64,000 bases of DNA, taken from the NCBI GenBank assembly GCA_900549685.1, contig UROX01000001.1:133-64132 (forward strand). The letters run 5' to 3'. The notes beneath the pieces were generated by a model. The model was not told where the DNA came from. It ran no database searches and saw nothing but the letters and a program-made list of their open reading frames with translations. This document shows positions 53,522 to 62,786 of the stretch, piece by piece (position 1 is the stretch's first letter; every line of letters starts with the position of its first letter). Source of the stretch: an uncultured Alistipes sp. (GTDB lineage: Bacteria > Bacteroidota > Bacteroidia > Bacteroidales > Rikenellaceae). A program made the position numbers and the translations under genes.

Positions 53522-54610
53522 ATGTTCGACCTCCCGGAAGAATTCAAGGAACCGGCCCGTAAGATCGAGGCCGGAGAACGCATATCGGACAGCGAGGCGC
53601 TGGCACTGACCGACGCCCCGTTGTCGTTGCTGGGCCTGCTGGCCACTCGCATCAAGAAACGCAAAAGCGGCCGGAGTGTCTATTACAACCGGAATTTCCA
53701 CATCGAACCGACCAACGTGTGCGTATTCAACTGCCGGTTCTGTTCCTACCGCCGGCCGGCCGATTCGCCCGAGGCATGGGATTACGGCGAGGAGGAGATT
53801 CTCGCCCAGGTCGAGGCGCACCGGCACAGCGGAGCTACCGAGATCCACATCGTGGGCGGCGTCCATCCGCGTAACGACCTGCACTACTACGTCGGTCTGA
53901 TCCGCAAGATCAAGGCGATCATGCCGGGGGCGGCGGTCAAGGCATTCACGGCCATCGAACTGGCCTATATGATCCGCAAGGCCGGACTCACGCCGGCCGA
54001 AGGACTGCGCATGCTGCGGGACGCAGGCATGGAAGCCATTCCCGGCGGCGGAGCCGAAATCTTCGCGGAGGCCGTCCGTTCGCGCATCTGCCCGGAAAAA
54101 GGCACAGCGGAGGAGTGGCTCGACATGCACCGCGAGGCGCACAGGCTGGGCATTCCCACCAACGCCACGATCCTCTACGGCCATATCGAAAGCTGGGAAG
54201 ACCGCATCGACCATCTCAGCCGGCTGCGGACCCTGCAGGACGAAACGGGCGGGTTCAACGCCTTCATCCCGCTCAAATACCGCAGCCGCAACAACTCCAT
54301 GTCCGAAACGGGCGAGGTAAGCGTCGTGGAAGACATGCGGATGACGGCTCTGTCCCGCATTTATCTGGACAACGTGCCCCACATCAAGGCCTACTGGCCC
54401 ATGTTCGGCAAGACGACGGCCCAGATCGCACTGGCCTTCGGGGCCGACGACATGGACGGCACGATCGACGACAGCACGAAAATCTATTCGATGGCCGGAG
54501 CCGAGGACCGGTCCCCGTCGATGACCACCGAAGAGATGGAACGCACGATCCGCTCGGCCGGTTACATTCCCGTCGAACGCGACACGTTTTACAATGCGGT
54601 GAAAAAGTAG
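53522..54610 (+). CDS. mqnE: Aminofutalosine synthase (CofH/MqnC-family radical SAM)
   Basis: NRNFHIEPTNVCVFNCRFC, EIHIVGG, KAFTA, PGGGAEIF, NATILYGHIE, DNVPHIKAYW. Confidence 0.82.
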   Translation: MFDLPEEFKEPARKIEAGERISDSEALALTDAPLSLLGLLATRIKKRKSGRSVYYNRNFHIEPTNVCVFNCRFCSYRRPADSPEAWDYGEEEILAQVEAHRHSGATEIHIVGGVHPRNDLHYYVGLIRKIKAIMPGAAVKAFTAIELAYMIRKAGLTPAEGLRMLRDAGMEAIPGGGAEIFAEAVRSRICPEKGTAEEWLDMHREAHRLGIPTNATILYGHIESWEDRIDHLSRLRTLQDETGGFNAFIPLKYRSRNNSMSETGEVSVVEDMRMTALSRIYLDNVPHIKAYWPMFGKTTAQIALAFGADDMDGTIDDSTKIYSMAGAEDRSPSMTTEEMERTIRSAGYIPVERDTFYNAVKK

Positions 54611-54664
54611 TATCTTGCTCCCCGGCGGAAGTTTCGCCGCCCCGGACTCAACGTTACGAAGACC

Positions 54665-55546
54665 ATGGAATTTCTCAGAAGACTCGCACGCAAGATCAAC
54701 GGCAACGTCATCACGCGCAACCTCGTGCTGGCAGCTTGTGCCGTTATCGTTTTCATATTCATCGTCAGCCAGTTGCTGAATCTGTTCACCCGTCACGGAC
54801 AGGTCAAGGTCGTGCCCGACTTCAGCGGCATGACGGTGGAGGAAGCCCTCCGGGCCGGCAAGAACGCATCGCTGAGGATCGAAATCAACGACTCGCTCTA
54901 CGTGCCCGCCTTCCCCGGCGGAGTGATTCTCGAACAGAATCCCGCTTCGGGCGCCCGGGTCAAGTCGGGACGTCATGTTTTCGTGACGATCAATTCGTTC
55001 CATCAGAAAAAGGTGGAGGTGCCCTACGTGACCGGATTTTCGCTGCGTCAGGCCAAGAACAACATCGAAATGGCAGGACTCGAAATCAAGGAACTCATTT
55101 ACAGGAACGACATCGCGACGAACAATGTGCTCGAAGAGCGCTACGAAGGCAAAACGGTCCGCGCAGGCAGCAAGGTCGAGGCCGAAATCGGATCGGGCGT
55201 CACGCTCATCGTGGGCAAAGCCGAGGACGCTCCGCTGCAACAGGTCCCCAAACTGGTAGGATTCTCCGTCCGCGAGGCCAAGAGCCGGCTGTGGGAGGCC
55301 GGTTTCAACGTCGGCAAAATTTCGGGCGACGAGGCGATCAACGCACTCAACGAGCGCGAGGCGAAAGTATATCAGCAATCGCCGACGACCGGCAGCCGGC
55401 AACCGTTGGGAACGGCCGTCCGGCTCTCCATCACGCTGGACGGGAAGAAGCTCGAGGAGGGACACAAAACTTCGGACCGCGACGCCCGTGCGGCAGCCAA
55501 AGCATGGGCCGACAGTCAGGAAGAGACCCGCGACGCAAACGAATGA
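54665..55546 (+). CDS. PASTA-domain membrane protein
   Basis: N-terminal TM, FTRHG, three repeats (VPDFSG, VPYVTG, VPKLVG). Confidence 0.88.
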   Translation: MEFLRRLARKINGNVITRNLVLAACAVIVFIFIVSQLLNLFTRHGQVKVVPDFSGMTVEEALRAGKNASLRIEINDSLYVPAFPGGVILEQNPASGARVKSGRHVFVTINSFHQKKVEVPYVTGFSLRQAKNNIEMAGLEIKELIYRNDIATNNVLEERYEGKTVRAGSKVEAEIGSGVTLIVGKAEDAPLQQVPKLVGFSVREAKSRLWEAGFNVGKISGDEAINALNEREAKVYQQSPTTGSRQPLGTAVRLSITLDGKKLEEGHKTSDRDARAAAKAWADSQEETRDANE

Positions 55547-55553
55547 TCCCCGT

Positions 55554-56633
55554 ATGAAAACCGACAGACCGGAATACGAAGAAGAACTCCGCGAGGGCGA
55601 ATCGCAGCAGGACGAACTGTTCGAGCATTACAGCGTGACCGTCGATAAGGGGCAGGCCATGCTGCGCATCGACAAGTTCCTGACCAACCGCATGGAAGGC
55701 ATCTCGCGCAACCGGATACAGACGGCGGCCGACGCGGGCAACATCCTGGTGAACGGTTCGGCCGTCAAGTCGAGCTACAAGGTCAAACCCTCGGACCGGA
55801 TACAGATCGTCATGCCCTATCCGCTCCGCGAACTGGAGATCATTCCCGAAAACATCCCGCTCGACATTCCTTACGAAGACGACGACCTGATCATCGTCAA
55901 TAAACCGGCCGGCATGGTCGTCCATCCCGGCCACGGCAACTATTCGGGGACGCTGGTCAATGCCCTGACCTATCATCTGAAGGACCTGCCGCTTTTCCAG
56001 AGCGGCGACATGCGGGCCGGACTGGTCCACCGCATCGACAAGAACACGTCCGGCATTCTGGTCGTCGCCAAAAACGAACGCGCCCACGCCCGGCTGGCCC
56101 GACAGTTCTTCGACCACACGATCGACCGGGTCTACCATGCGCTGGTGTGGGGCAATATGGAGCAGGAAGAGGGTACGGTCACAGGACACATCGGCCGCAG
56201 CCTGCGCGACCGGCTCAAAATGGCCGTTTTCCCCGACGGAGAGAACGGCAAGCATGCCGTGACGCATTACAGGGTACTCGAACGGCTGGGCTATGTCAAT
56301 CTCATCGAATGCCGTCTCGAAACGGGACGGACGCACCAGATCCGCGTCCACATGGAACACATCGGGCACCCGCTGTTTAACGACGAGCGTTACGGCGGCG
56401 ACCGCATTCTCAAGGGAACGACCTTCTCCAAGTACCGGCAGTTCGTCGAAAACTGTTTCCGGATCATGCCCCGCCACGGGCTGCATGCCCGGAGCCTGGG
56501 ATTCGTCCATCCGACGACAGGCCAGCGGGTCCACTTCGAACGCGATATGCCGCAGGACATGGCCTCGGTCGTGGAGCGCTGGAGGAACTATGTCGCAGGA
56601 CGGACAGCCGGAGACGAAGCGGAATCGGAATAA
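55554..56633 (+). CDS. RluA/RluD family pseudouridine synthase
   Basis: S4 domain RIDKFL; NKPAGMVVHP, VHRIDKNTSG, TGRTHQIRVH, LHA. Confidence 0.93.
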   Translation: MKTDRPEYEEELREGESQQDELFEHYSVTVDKGQAMLRIDKFLTNRMEGISRNRIQTAADAGNILVNGSAVKSSYKVKPSDRIQIVMPYPLRELEIIPENIPLDIPYEDDDLIIVNKPAGMVVHPGHGNYSGTLVNALTYHLKDLPLFQSGDMRAGLVHRIDKNTSGILVVAKNERAHARLARQFFDHTIDRVYHALVWGNMEQEEGTVTGHIGRSLRDRLKMAVFPDGENGKHAVTHYRVLERLGYVNLIECRLETGRTHQIRVHMEHIGHPLFNDERYGGDRILKGTTFSKYRQFVENCFRIMPRHGLHARSLGFVHPTTGQRVHFERDMPQDMASVVERWRNYVAGRTAGDEAESE

Positions 56634-57177
56634 CCGCCCGGCATGACGGAACCGCTTCTTTTCGGGAAAGAAGCAACCGATCCGACCGTGCAGCCGCACG
56701 GTCTTTCGCATTCGGCACATAAAGAAAACACCCGGATTTTTCAGTCCGTCGGAAACACGCTTCGAACGGACACGAGCATCGAACACGCAAAAGAGAAAGT
56801 CGATGTGCCGGTCATCGTCCTGCAGGAACCAGACCGCATGATTTTCCCGCCTCGTCCGTCAATCGAAAAGAGGCACAGCGTTCCCGCCACTTTCGTCGTC
56901 ACACCTCGGTCGCAAGTCCCGGCCGGAAGGCACGCACCGAGCCATACGCTGAAATCATTCGTTCCGCTCCGGAAGACAACGAGCACCCGAAACCGCCATA
57001 CCGTCTACCGACACGCCCCGGCCCTGTCCGGGAAAGTTCGACCGAAACGTACCCGGAAAGAGACTTTTCGACAAGAGGGTTTCCAGAATCGGAGAAACGG
57101 CATCCGGCCTCTTCGAAAAACCGGCGCCCGTCCCCGCACGACGATTCGGGAAACATCGTCGGAACGGTTCTCATATT

Positions 57178-57705
57178 TTATCGTGCAATGGCGGGCGACT
57201 CGGCCGAGAGACCGGGCAAATAACGCAGAATCTGCCGCCAACCCTCCAGTTTACGCTCGAACGTCAGCGTATAGGCCGGACTGGTCGAAGGCAAAACCAG
57301 CGTCTCGTAAGTAGCGACATACGCTCCGAAATAACGCCGGAAAAGTTTCTCCGCCCCCTTGCCGTTGAAAGCAATGGCCCGGATATCGGGATACCGCCGC
57401 AGCAGGGCGGGGATTTCGTTGGGTTCTTCGTTGCAGATATTGCTGTCGAGACTGCCTTCGCGTTCGCATTGACGGCACACGTCCCAAAGCGCGATGCCCG
57501 CATCGAGCAGCATGGCACGCCGCAGGTCGTATTCCTGAGAAAGCTCCGTTCCGCACAGCGAGGCCATGACAGGCCAGAACGCATTGCGCGGATGACCGTA
57601 ATACTGCTGCTTCTGCAACGACATGACACCGGGCATCGTGCCCAGCACCAATATCCGGCTCCGGACATCGGCAATCGGGTCGAAACTTCGGATAATCTTG
57701 TTCAT
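57178..57705 (-). CDS. DNA-deoxyinosine glycosylase (UDG superfamily, family 6)
   Basis: LGTMPG..SL...YYGHPRNAFW, IALWDV, GSLDS, FNG, LPSTSPA. Confidence 0.88.
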   Translation of the reverse strand: MNKIIRSFDPIADVRSRILVLGTMPGVMSLQKQQYYGHPRNAFWPVMASLCGTELSQEYDLRRAMLLDAGIALWDVCRQCEREGSLDSNICNEEPNEIPALLRRYPDIRAIAFNGKGAEKLFRRYFGAYVATYETLVLPSTSPAYTLTFERKLEGWRQILRYLPGLSAESPAIAR

Positions 57706-58157
57706 CGGCTTCTAAATCGTTTCAAAAGGACCGGAAGGCTGTCGCCCACATTTCGGTGACACTACCGGTCGCAAGACCATTGCATGGCGGTATCGCCGCC
57801 GCCGAGTCTTTCTGCCGTCGGTCAGGACCTTTCTTTCCGGAGCAACCCCGCCTCTCCGGAATACAAAATCGCCGGACGCCCCGTATTCCCCCATGCACCG
57901 AAATTCTTCGCTCCGCCCTTATTCGCGGCCGCATTCCGCATATTCGGATGCCGCAGTCCTTACGGACCGAAAGCGGCCGAAACGGCTGCGACAAACACGG
58001 GATACGCATACATACGATCGCAAACCGTTCTCAAAAATAATCATTTTCCGGGTTCCACGCCCACAAAATACATCGCAATCCGGAAGAAAAACACCCGCAA
58101 CGGTAAACGGAATCCCCGGCTCCGGCCCAAACGACGTCCGCACCGCCACAAGACAAA

Positions 58158-58194
58158 GAAAGAGCGGCCGCCTTCGACAGGCAGCCGCTCTTTC
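58158..58194 (-). terminator. Terminator after the M64 peptidase gene
   Basis: GAAAGAGCGGC..GCCGCTCTTTC hairpin, T-rich on the minus-strand 3' side. Confidence 0.65.
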
Positions 58195-58217
58195 CGTATT
58201 TTCGGTCGTTCGGAGAA

Positions 58218-59867
58218 CTATTTCGTTTCGACAGGCGAACCTTCGATCAGAACCGGAGGTGCGAAATGGGGCATTTCCTTCAGCGGAGCGAATGCCGGAG
58301 CCTTGACGGCGCTGGCCGTTGCGAGCACTTTGGCATCGTTGGCGAGGAACTCGTCGAAATCGAACGGTTTACCGCTCAGTTCCATGATCCGTTCCACGAT
58401 CTTCTGACGGCTGGGAGAGTTGTAGTAAGGCACGTTGTTGTTCATACAACTGTTCGTTTCGGGCCTCCAGATTCCTTTGGCATACATGTAACTGCCCTCG
58501 AAAGCGTTCACGATACTCGAATATCCCGGAAGCGAGTAGAAATGTTTCCATTTGATCTTGTCGGGATCGTTCGTGAAATCGATGTTGGCATTGTGTCCGA
58601 ACGAAGCCCACTGTTTCAGATAAGAAACGACATTGCTCGGAATTTCCTGCTGATAGTAGATGTACTCGTCGCACAGCTTACCGAAACCGTGTCCGCCCGC
58701 TTCGTGCTGAACGACGCTCTTGTAATCGTAAGGCGGTTCGCCCTCGATCATCGGACAGATGGCGATGGACTGTCCCGGCGACCACGATATGGTCGTTCCG
58801 CCGTAACGGGGACTATTCGAAATCAGAATGATGAGTGTCTTGGCAAGATCGTCGATCGGAGCTTTGGTCGCATACGAGAAGACCGTGTTGTTATCGCACG
58901 TCATACTCGTTTCACCCTGCTGTCCTTCGAACTTGACGGAGAAACGCGTTCTTTTTCTCGTAGTCAGGTCCGACGCGCCCTGTTCGGGCGAGATGGCGCT
59001 GACGATGTAGACGTTGAAATAATCCCGGTAGGTTTTATAAGGTTCGACATCGAAGAAGAAGTCGATGGCATCGTACATGGCTTTGATATACCGGCCCTCG
59101 TCGGCATCCATTTCTTCGGCGATGAAACCGTCGCCCATGAACACCAGATCGGCATGGCCCAGCGAACCTTTCTGAACGGTAATCACTTTGCCATCCTGGA
59201 GCGTATTATCGATCCCGTTCTGAACGAATGTCACCTCGCGGGAATGTTTGAGTCCGTCTTCGTCGGACCACTTGACGGCGACCGTGCCGGTGCGGGGTTC
59301 TTTCTGAGTCGAAGCGCCGACCGTCACGACGACCGTATCCGAACTGAGCGCTTTGGCCCGGGCGACCGAGAGCCATGAGACATACTCCTCGGGAACCTCT
59401 ACGGTATATTCCGCAGCAGAGAGGTTGGTTTCCAATCCGATGTTAAAAATCTGGCCTTCGCAGGGAACGTCTTCGTACAGGGATTGGGCAATGTCCATGA
59501 AGATCGTCTTCCGTTGAACGACGGTCACGGGAAAAGTCTGTTCGAGTCCTTCGCCCTTGAGCGTGAGCGTTACCGTCCGGTCATCGGGCAAAGTGTTGGG
59601 CCGTGCCGAAATCGTCACGACTATCGTGGCGGCGGGTTCGCCGCTGGACGGAGAGACCGTACACCAGTCGGCCGCATCGGCTCCCTCGATCTTCCAGGGT
59701 ACATTCGACGCGAAAGTCAGCAGGCGGGTACCTCCGTAAGACGGAATCGTCTCGACAGTCAGGTCCTCTACCGTGATTTCAGGGGTGAAATCGTCGTCTT
59801 TCTCGCATCCGGTCAGCATCAGCAGCGACGAACAGGCGACGACAAAAAGTTTGAATACATTTTTCAT
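58218..59867 (-). CDS. Lipoprotein with BACON domains and an M64-family metallopeptidase domain
   Basis: Lipobox LTGC followed by EKDDD; BACON-like W..WCTVSPSSG; LVFMGDGF, EPYKTYRDYFNVY, HEAGGHGFGKLCDEY, WRP..NSCM; -7 box TATATTTG on - strand at 59915-59922. Confidence 0.87.
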   Translation of the reverse strand: MKNVFKLFVVACSSLLMLTGCEKDDDFTPEITVEDLTVETIPSYGGTRLLTFASNVPWKIEGADAADWCTVSPSSGEPAATIVVTISARPNTLPDDRTVTLTLKGEGLEQTFPVTVVQRKTIFMDIAQSLYEDVPCEGQIFNIGLETNLSAAEYTVEVPEEYVSWLSVARAKALSSDTVVVTVGASTQKEPRTGTVAVKWSDEDGLKHSREVTFVQNGIDNTLQDGKVITVQKGSLGHADLVFMGDGFIAEEMDADEGRYIKAMYDAIDFFFDVEPYKTYRDYFNVYIVSAISPEQGASDLTTRKRTRFSVKFEGQQGETSMTCDNNTVFSYATKAPIDDLAKTLIILISNSPRYGGTTISWSPGQSIAICPMIEGEPPYDYKSVVQHEAGGHGFGKLCDEYIYYQQEIPSNVVSYLKQWASFGHNANIDFTNDPDKIKWKHFYSLPGYSSIVNAFEGSYMYAKGIWRPETNSCMNNNVPYYNSPSRQKIVERIMELSGKPFDFDEFLANDAKVLATASAVKAPAFAPLKEMPHFAPPVLIEGSPVETK

Positions 59868-60237
59868 AAGGCTGTTTTTGTTACGATCTTCCGAAATCCA
59901 CTCGGAACGGATTACAAATATAACGAAGTTTTCAGAAATACGGTATCCGGACAGGACGGAAGAAAGGAGAAAAGGACCTGTCCGGTCGCTCCGCAGCCGG
60001 GATCGGGAGCGAATACGGAGGCCGGATCGGCCGGATTCAGCATCGATCTACGCGATGATATACTTCGGCAAGAACGATTTCCGTTCCTGCCGGCGCACTT
60101 TTCGGATCGCACTCTCCCGGACCTCCGGCGAGGCAGGAGCGATTTCGAGGAAGGAATGGTTTTTCAGGGACACGAGTCACAACGAATAAAAAACGCCCCT
60201 TCTGCAACGCGATATGCCGAAATATCCGTCGTCGCGA

Positions 60238-61119
60238 TCATACATCGGAAGAATCGTCGCCGAAGGTCCGCGCGATACGGTCGGCCACACGCTGCATCAG
60301 CCATTTGGGCGTGGACGTGGCTCCGCAGATGCCCACGGACCGACACCCGTCGAACCACTCGGCCCGAAGCTCGGTCTCGTCCTCGATGTTATAGGTGCGG
60401 GGATTGGTTTCGAGGCAGGTATGGTACAGCACTTTGCCGTTGGAACTTTTCCGGCCGCAGACGAAAATCACGACATCGAAACGTCCGGAAAACTCCCGCA
60501 GATGGGGATTGCGGCTCGAAACACGGCCGCAGATCGTGTTGCGGATCGTCACCTGTTCCGGATCGGCAGCGCGTTGCAGGATGATTTCACGGACCCGTTC
60601 GAAAAGCACGGGACTCTGCGTCGTCTGCGACAGCAGATAGACGGGACGGGAAAAGTCAATGGCGTCGAGGTCCTCGAGTGTCTCGACGACGAGGGCGTCC
60701 TCATCGACCTGTCCGGTCAGTCCCACGACCTCGGCATGTCCGCGCTTGCCCAGAATGACCACCTGACCGCCGCAGGCCTTCATCTGCTCATGCGCTTTTT
60801 TCACGCGGCTCTGGAGCTTGGCGACGATGGGACAGGTCGCATCGATGATCCGTATGCCGTGCTCGGCGGCCAGACGGTAGGTCGAAGGCGGCTCGCCATG
60901 CGCCCGGATCAGGACGGTACTGCCGTCCAGTCCGGCCATCCGCTCCCGCGAAACGGTCTGTAATCCCAGCTTCTCGAGCCGCTGGACTTCGACCCGGTTA
61001 TGGACAATATCGCCCAGCGAATAGACCGTACCCAACGTCCGAAGCGACTCTTCGGCCTTGGTGATGGCCGTCACCACCCCCGAGCAAAAGCCCGACATTT
61101 CGTCTATTTCGATCCGCAT
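60238..61119 (-). CDS. ispH: 4-hydroxy-3-methylbut-2-enyl diphosphate reductase
   Basis: SGFCSGV, IVHN, RAHG, DATCP, HAEV, SQTT, NTIC, SSN, GATSTP. Confidence 0.96.
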   Translation of the reverse strand: MRIEIDEMSGFCSGVVTAITKAEESLRTLGTVYSLGDIVHNRVEVQRLEKLGLQTVSRERMAGLDGSTVLIRAHGEPPSTYRLAAEHGIRIIDATCPIVAKLQSRVKKAHEQMKACGGQVVILGKRGHAEVVGLTGQVDEDALVVETLEDLDAIDFSRPVYLLSQTTQSPVLFERVREIILQRAADPEQVTIRNTICGRVSSRNPHLREFSGRFDVVIFVCGRKSSNGKVLYHTCLETNPRTYNIEDETELRAEWFDGCRSVGICGATSTPKWLMQRVADRIARTFGDDSSDV

Positions 61120-61823
61120 GGCTGTCCGATACGTTCGGCGATGAGCATTTCGGCCCATCGCAATTCCTCTTCGAGCGTCATCGCACTGTTGTCGAGCACG
61201 ACGGCATCTTCGGCCTGACGCAGAGGACCGATGGGGCGCGTCCGGTCGGCCCGGTCGCGGTCGCTCAGGTTGCGCCGTATTTCGTCCAGCGAGACGGACT
61301 CGCCCTTGGCCTCGAGTTCCCGATAACGGCGCATGGCCCGGATCTCGGGAGCGGCCGTCATAAAGATCTTGAGCTCGGCATCGGGAAAAACGACCGTGCC
61401 GATGTCGCGGCCGTCCATCACGACACCGCGGGCGGCTCCCATACGCCGCTGCATGGCGACGAGCTGCTCACGGACCGCCCCGATACGGCTCACGAGGCTC
61501 ACGTGATCGCTCACTTCGATGCCCCGGATCTCCTTCTCGACATTCTCGCCGTTGAGAAAAACATCGCTGGCACCTTTCTGCGGATCGAACTCGAAAGCGA
61601 TTCTCATATCGGGCAACATGCGCACCAGCGCGGTTTCATCGACCTGTCCGCCGCCGATTGCTCCATGGCGGATACCGTACAGCGTCACGGCGCGGTACAT
61701 CGCGCCCGTATCGATGAATATATAGCCCGCACGCGCGGCCAGCGCCCGTGCGAACGTGCTTTTTCCGCAGGCCGAGAATCCGTCTACGGCTACAATGATC
61801 TTTTTATCTGGGGAGCATTTCAT
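61104..61823 (-). CDS. cmk: Cytidylate kinase
   Basis: DGFSACGKST, DTGAMYR, MDGRDIGTVVFP; overlaps the ispH start. Confidence 0.96.
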   Translation of the reverse strand: MKCSPDKKIIVAVDGFSACGKSTFARALAARAGYIFIDTGAMYRAVTLYGIRHGAIGGGQVDETALVRMLPDMRIAFEFDPQKGASDVFLNGENVEKEIRGIEVSDHVSLVSRIGAVREQLVAMQRRMGAARGVVMDGRDIGTVVFPDAELKIFMTAAPEIRAMRRYRELEAKGESVSLDEIRRNLSDRDRADRTRPIGPLRQAEDAVVLDNSAMTLEEELRWAEMLIAERIGQPCGSK

Positions 61824-62460
61824 GGACAGAGGGAGTATGAAAGAAAATGGAAAGAATGGCCGCCGCGCCCAATATAACGATCGCGCTGCCCGAGATACGG
61901 TTCATCCAGAGCAGGTGGCGGGGACGGAATTTCCGGCGCAGCAGTCCCACGCAGAACGTCAGCAGGAACCACCATGTCGAGGCTCCGGTCAGCACGCCCA
62001 GAATCACGACGAGTCCGTTCCCCGTACCGTCCCCGGCATGGTCGCCCAATGCGGCGAACAGCGCTACGAAAATCAGGATATAGGCGGGATTGGTCAGCGT
62101 GATGAAGAAAATCGACAGGTAGTCGCTCCAGAGGTTCTGTCCCTTGCCCGCACGGTTGCGGCGGATCTGCACAACCGGATTCTTCAGAAAGATCGTCACG
62201 CCGACGATCACGACCGATATGCCGCCCAGCGCCTTGATGACCGCCATGTTGTTCTCGATGAACGACATGACGAACGTCAGCGAGAACAGGGCCACCGTAG
62301 CGAAAAGCGAATCGGCCGTCGCCGCACCCAGCCCCGACACGAAACCCGAACGATGGCTTTTGCTCAACGTACGCTGAACGCACATCAGCCCCACCGGCCC
62401 CAACGGAATGGAGGCGACGAGTCCGATGACGATCCCCTTGAGAAAAACTTCGAGTCCCAT
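61804..62460 (-). CDS. LysE family translocator
   Basis: IPLGPVG, GLGAATAD, TLTNP, WW, NRISG; start at MGLEVF. Confidence 0.85.
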   Translation of the reverse strand: MGLEVFLKGIVIGLVASIPLGPVGLMCVQRTLSKSHRSGFVSGLGAATADSLFATVALFSLTFVMSFIENNMAVIKALGGISVVIVGVTIFLKNPVVQIRRNRAGKGQNLWSDYLSIFFITLTNPAYILIFVALFAALGDHAGDGTGNGLVVILGVLTGASTWWFLLTFCVGLLRRKFRPRHLLWMNRISGSAIVILGAAAILSIFFHTPSVHEMLPR

Positions 62461-62786
62461 GAAATAAGGTTTTGCGCACACAAGGCAGGCCTTCGGCCGC
62501 ACAGGAAAATTTCCGTGCAAAAATAATAAATATACGCGATTATATACTATCGTATGTTTCTGTGCACCGACATTTGTTGTCCTTCCTGCTTTTCGGACAG
62601 CAGCCTCAAGTCCCCGCCATGGAGAAGTCCGGAAAGCGGATGCGATCTGAGTACGAGGCCGGTGCCCGGAAACGACAACGGACGGAAAGGGAAAATACTA
62701 TTGGAAACTTCGGGACGTTAAATACATCGAAGTATGTGCGATTGCCCAAATATGATCTATCTTTGTATGATTCGAAAAACAGAAAA

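Noticed and set aside
56634..57177. 223-aa ORF 56643-57314 and other spacer ORFs (also 57706-58217, 59868-60237, 5850-6560)
   Set aside because: Low-complexity Arg/Pro/Thr-rich translations overlapping real genes; no signal peptide or domain features.
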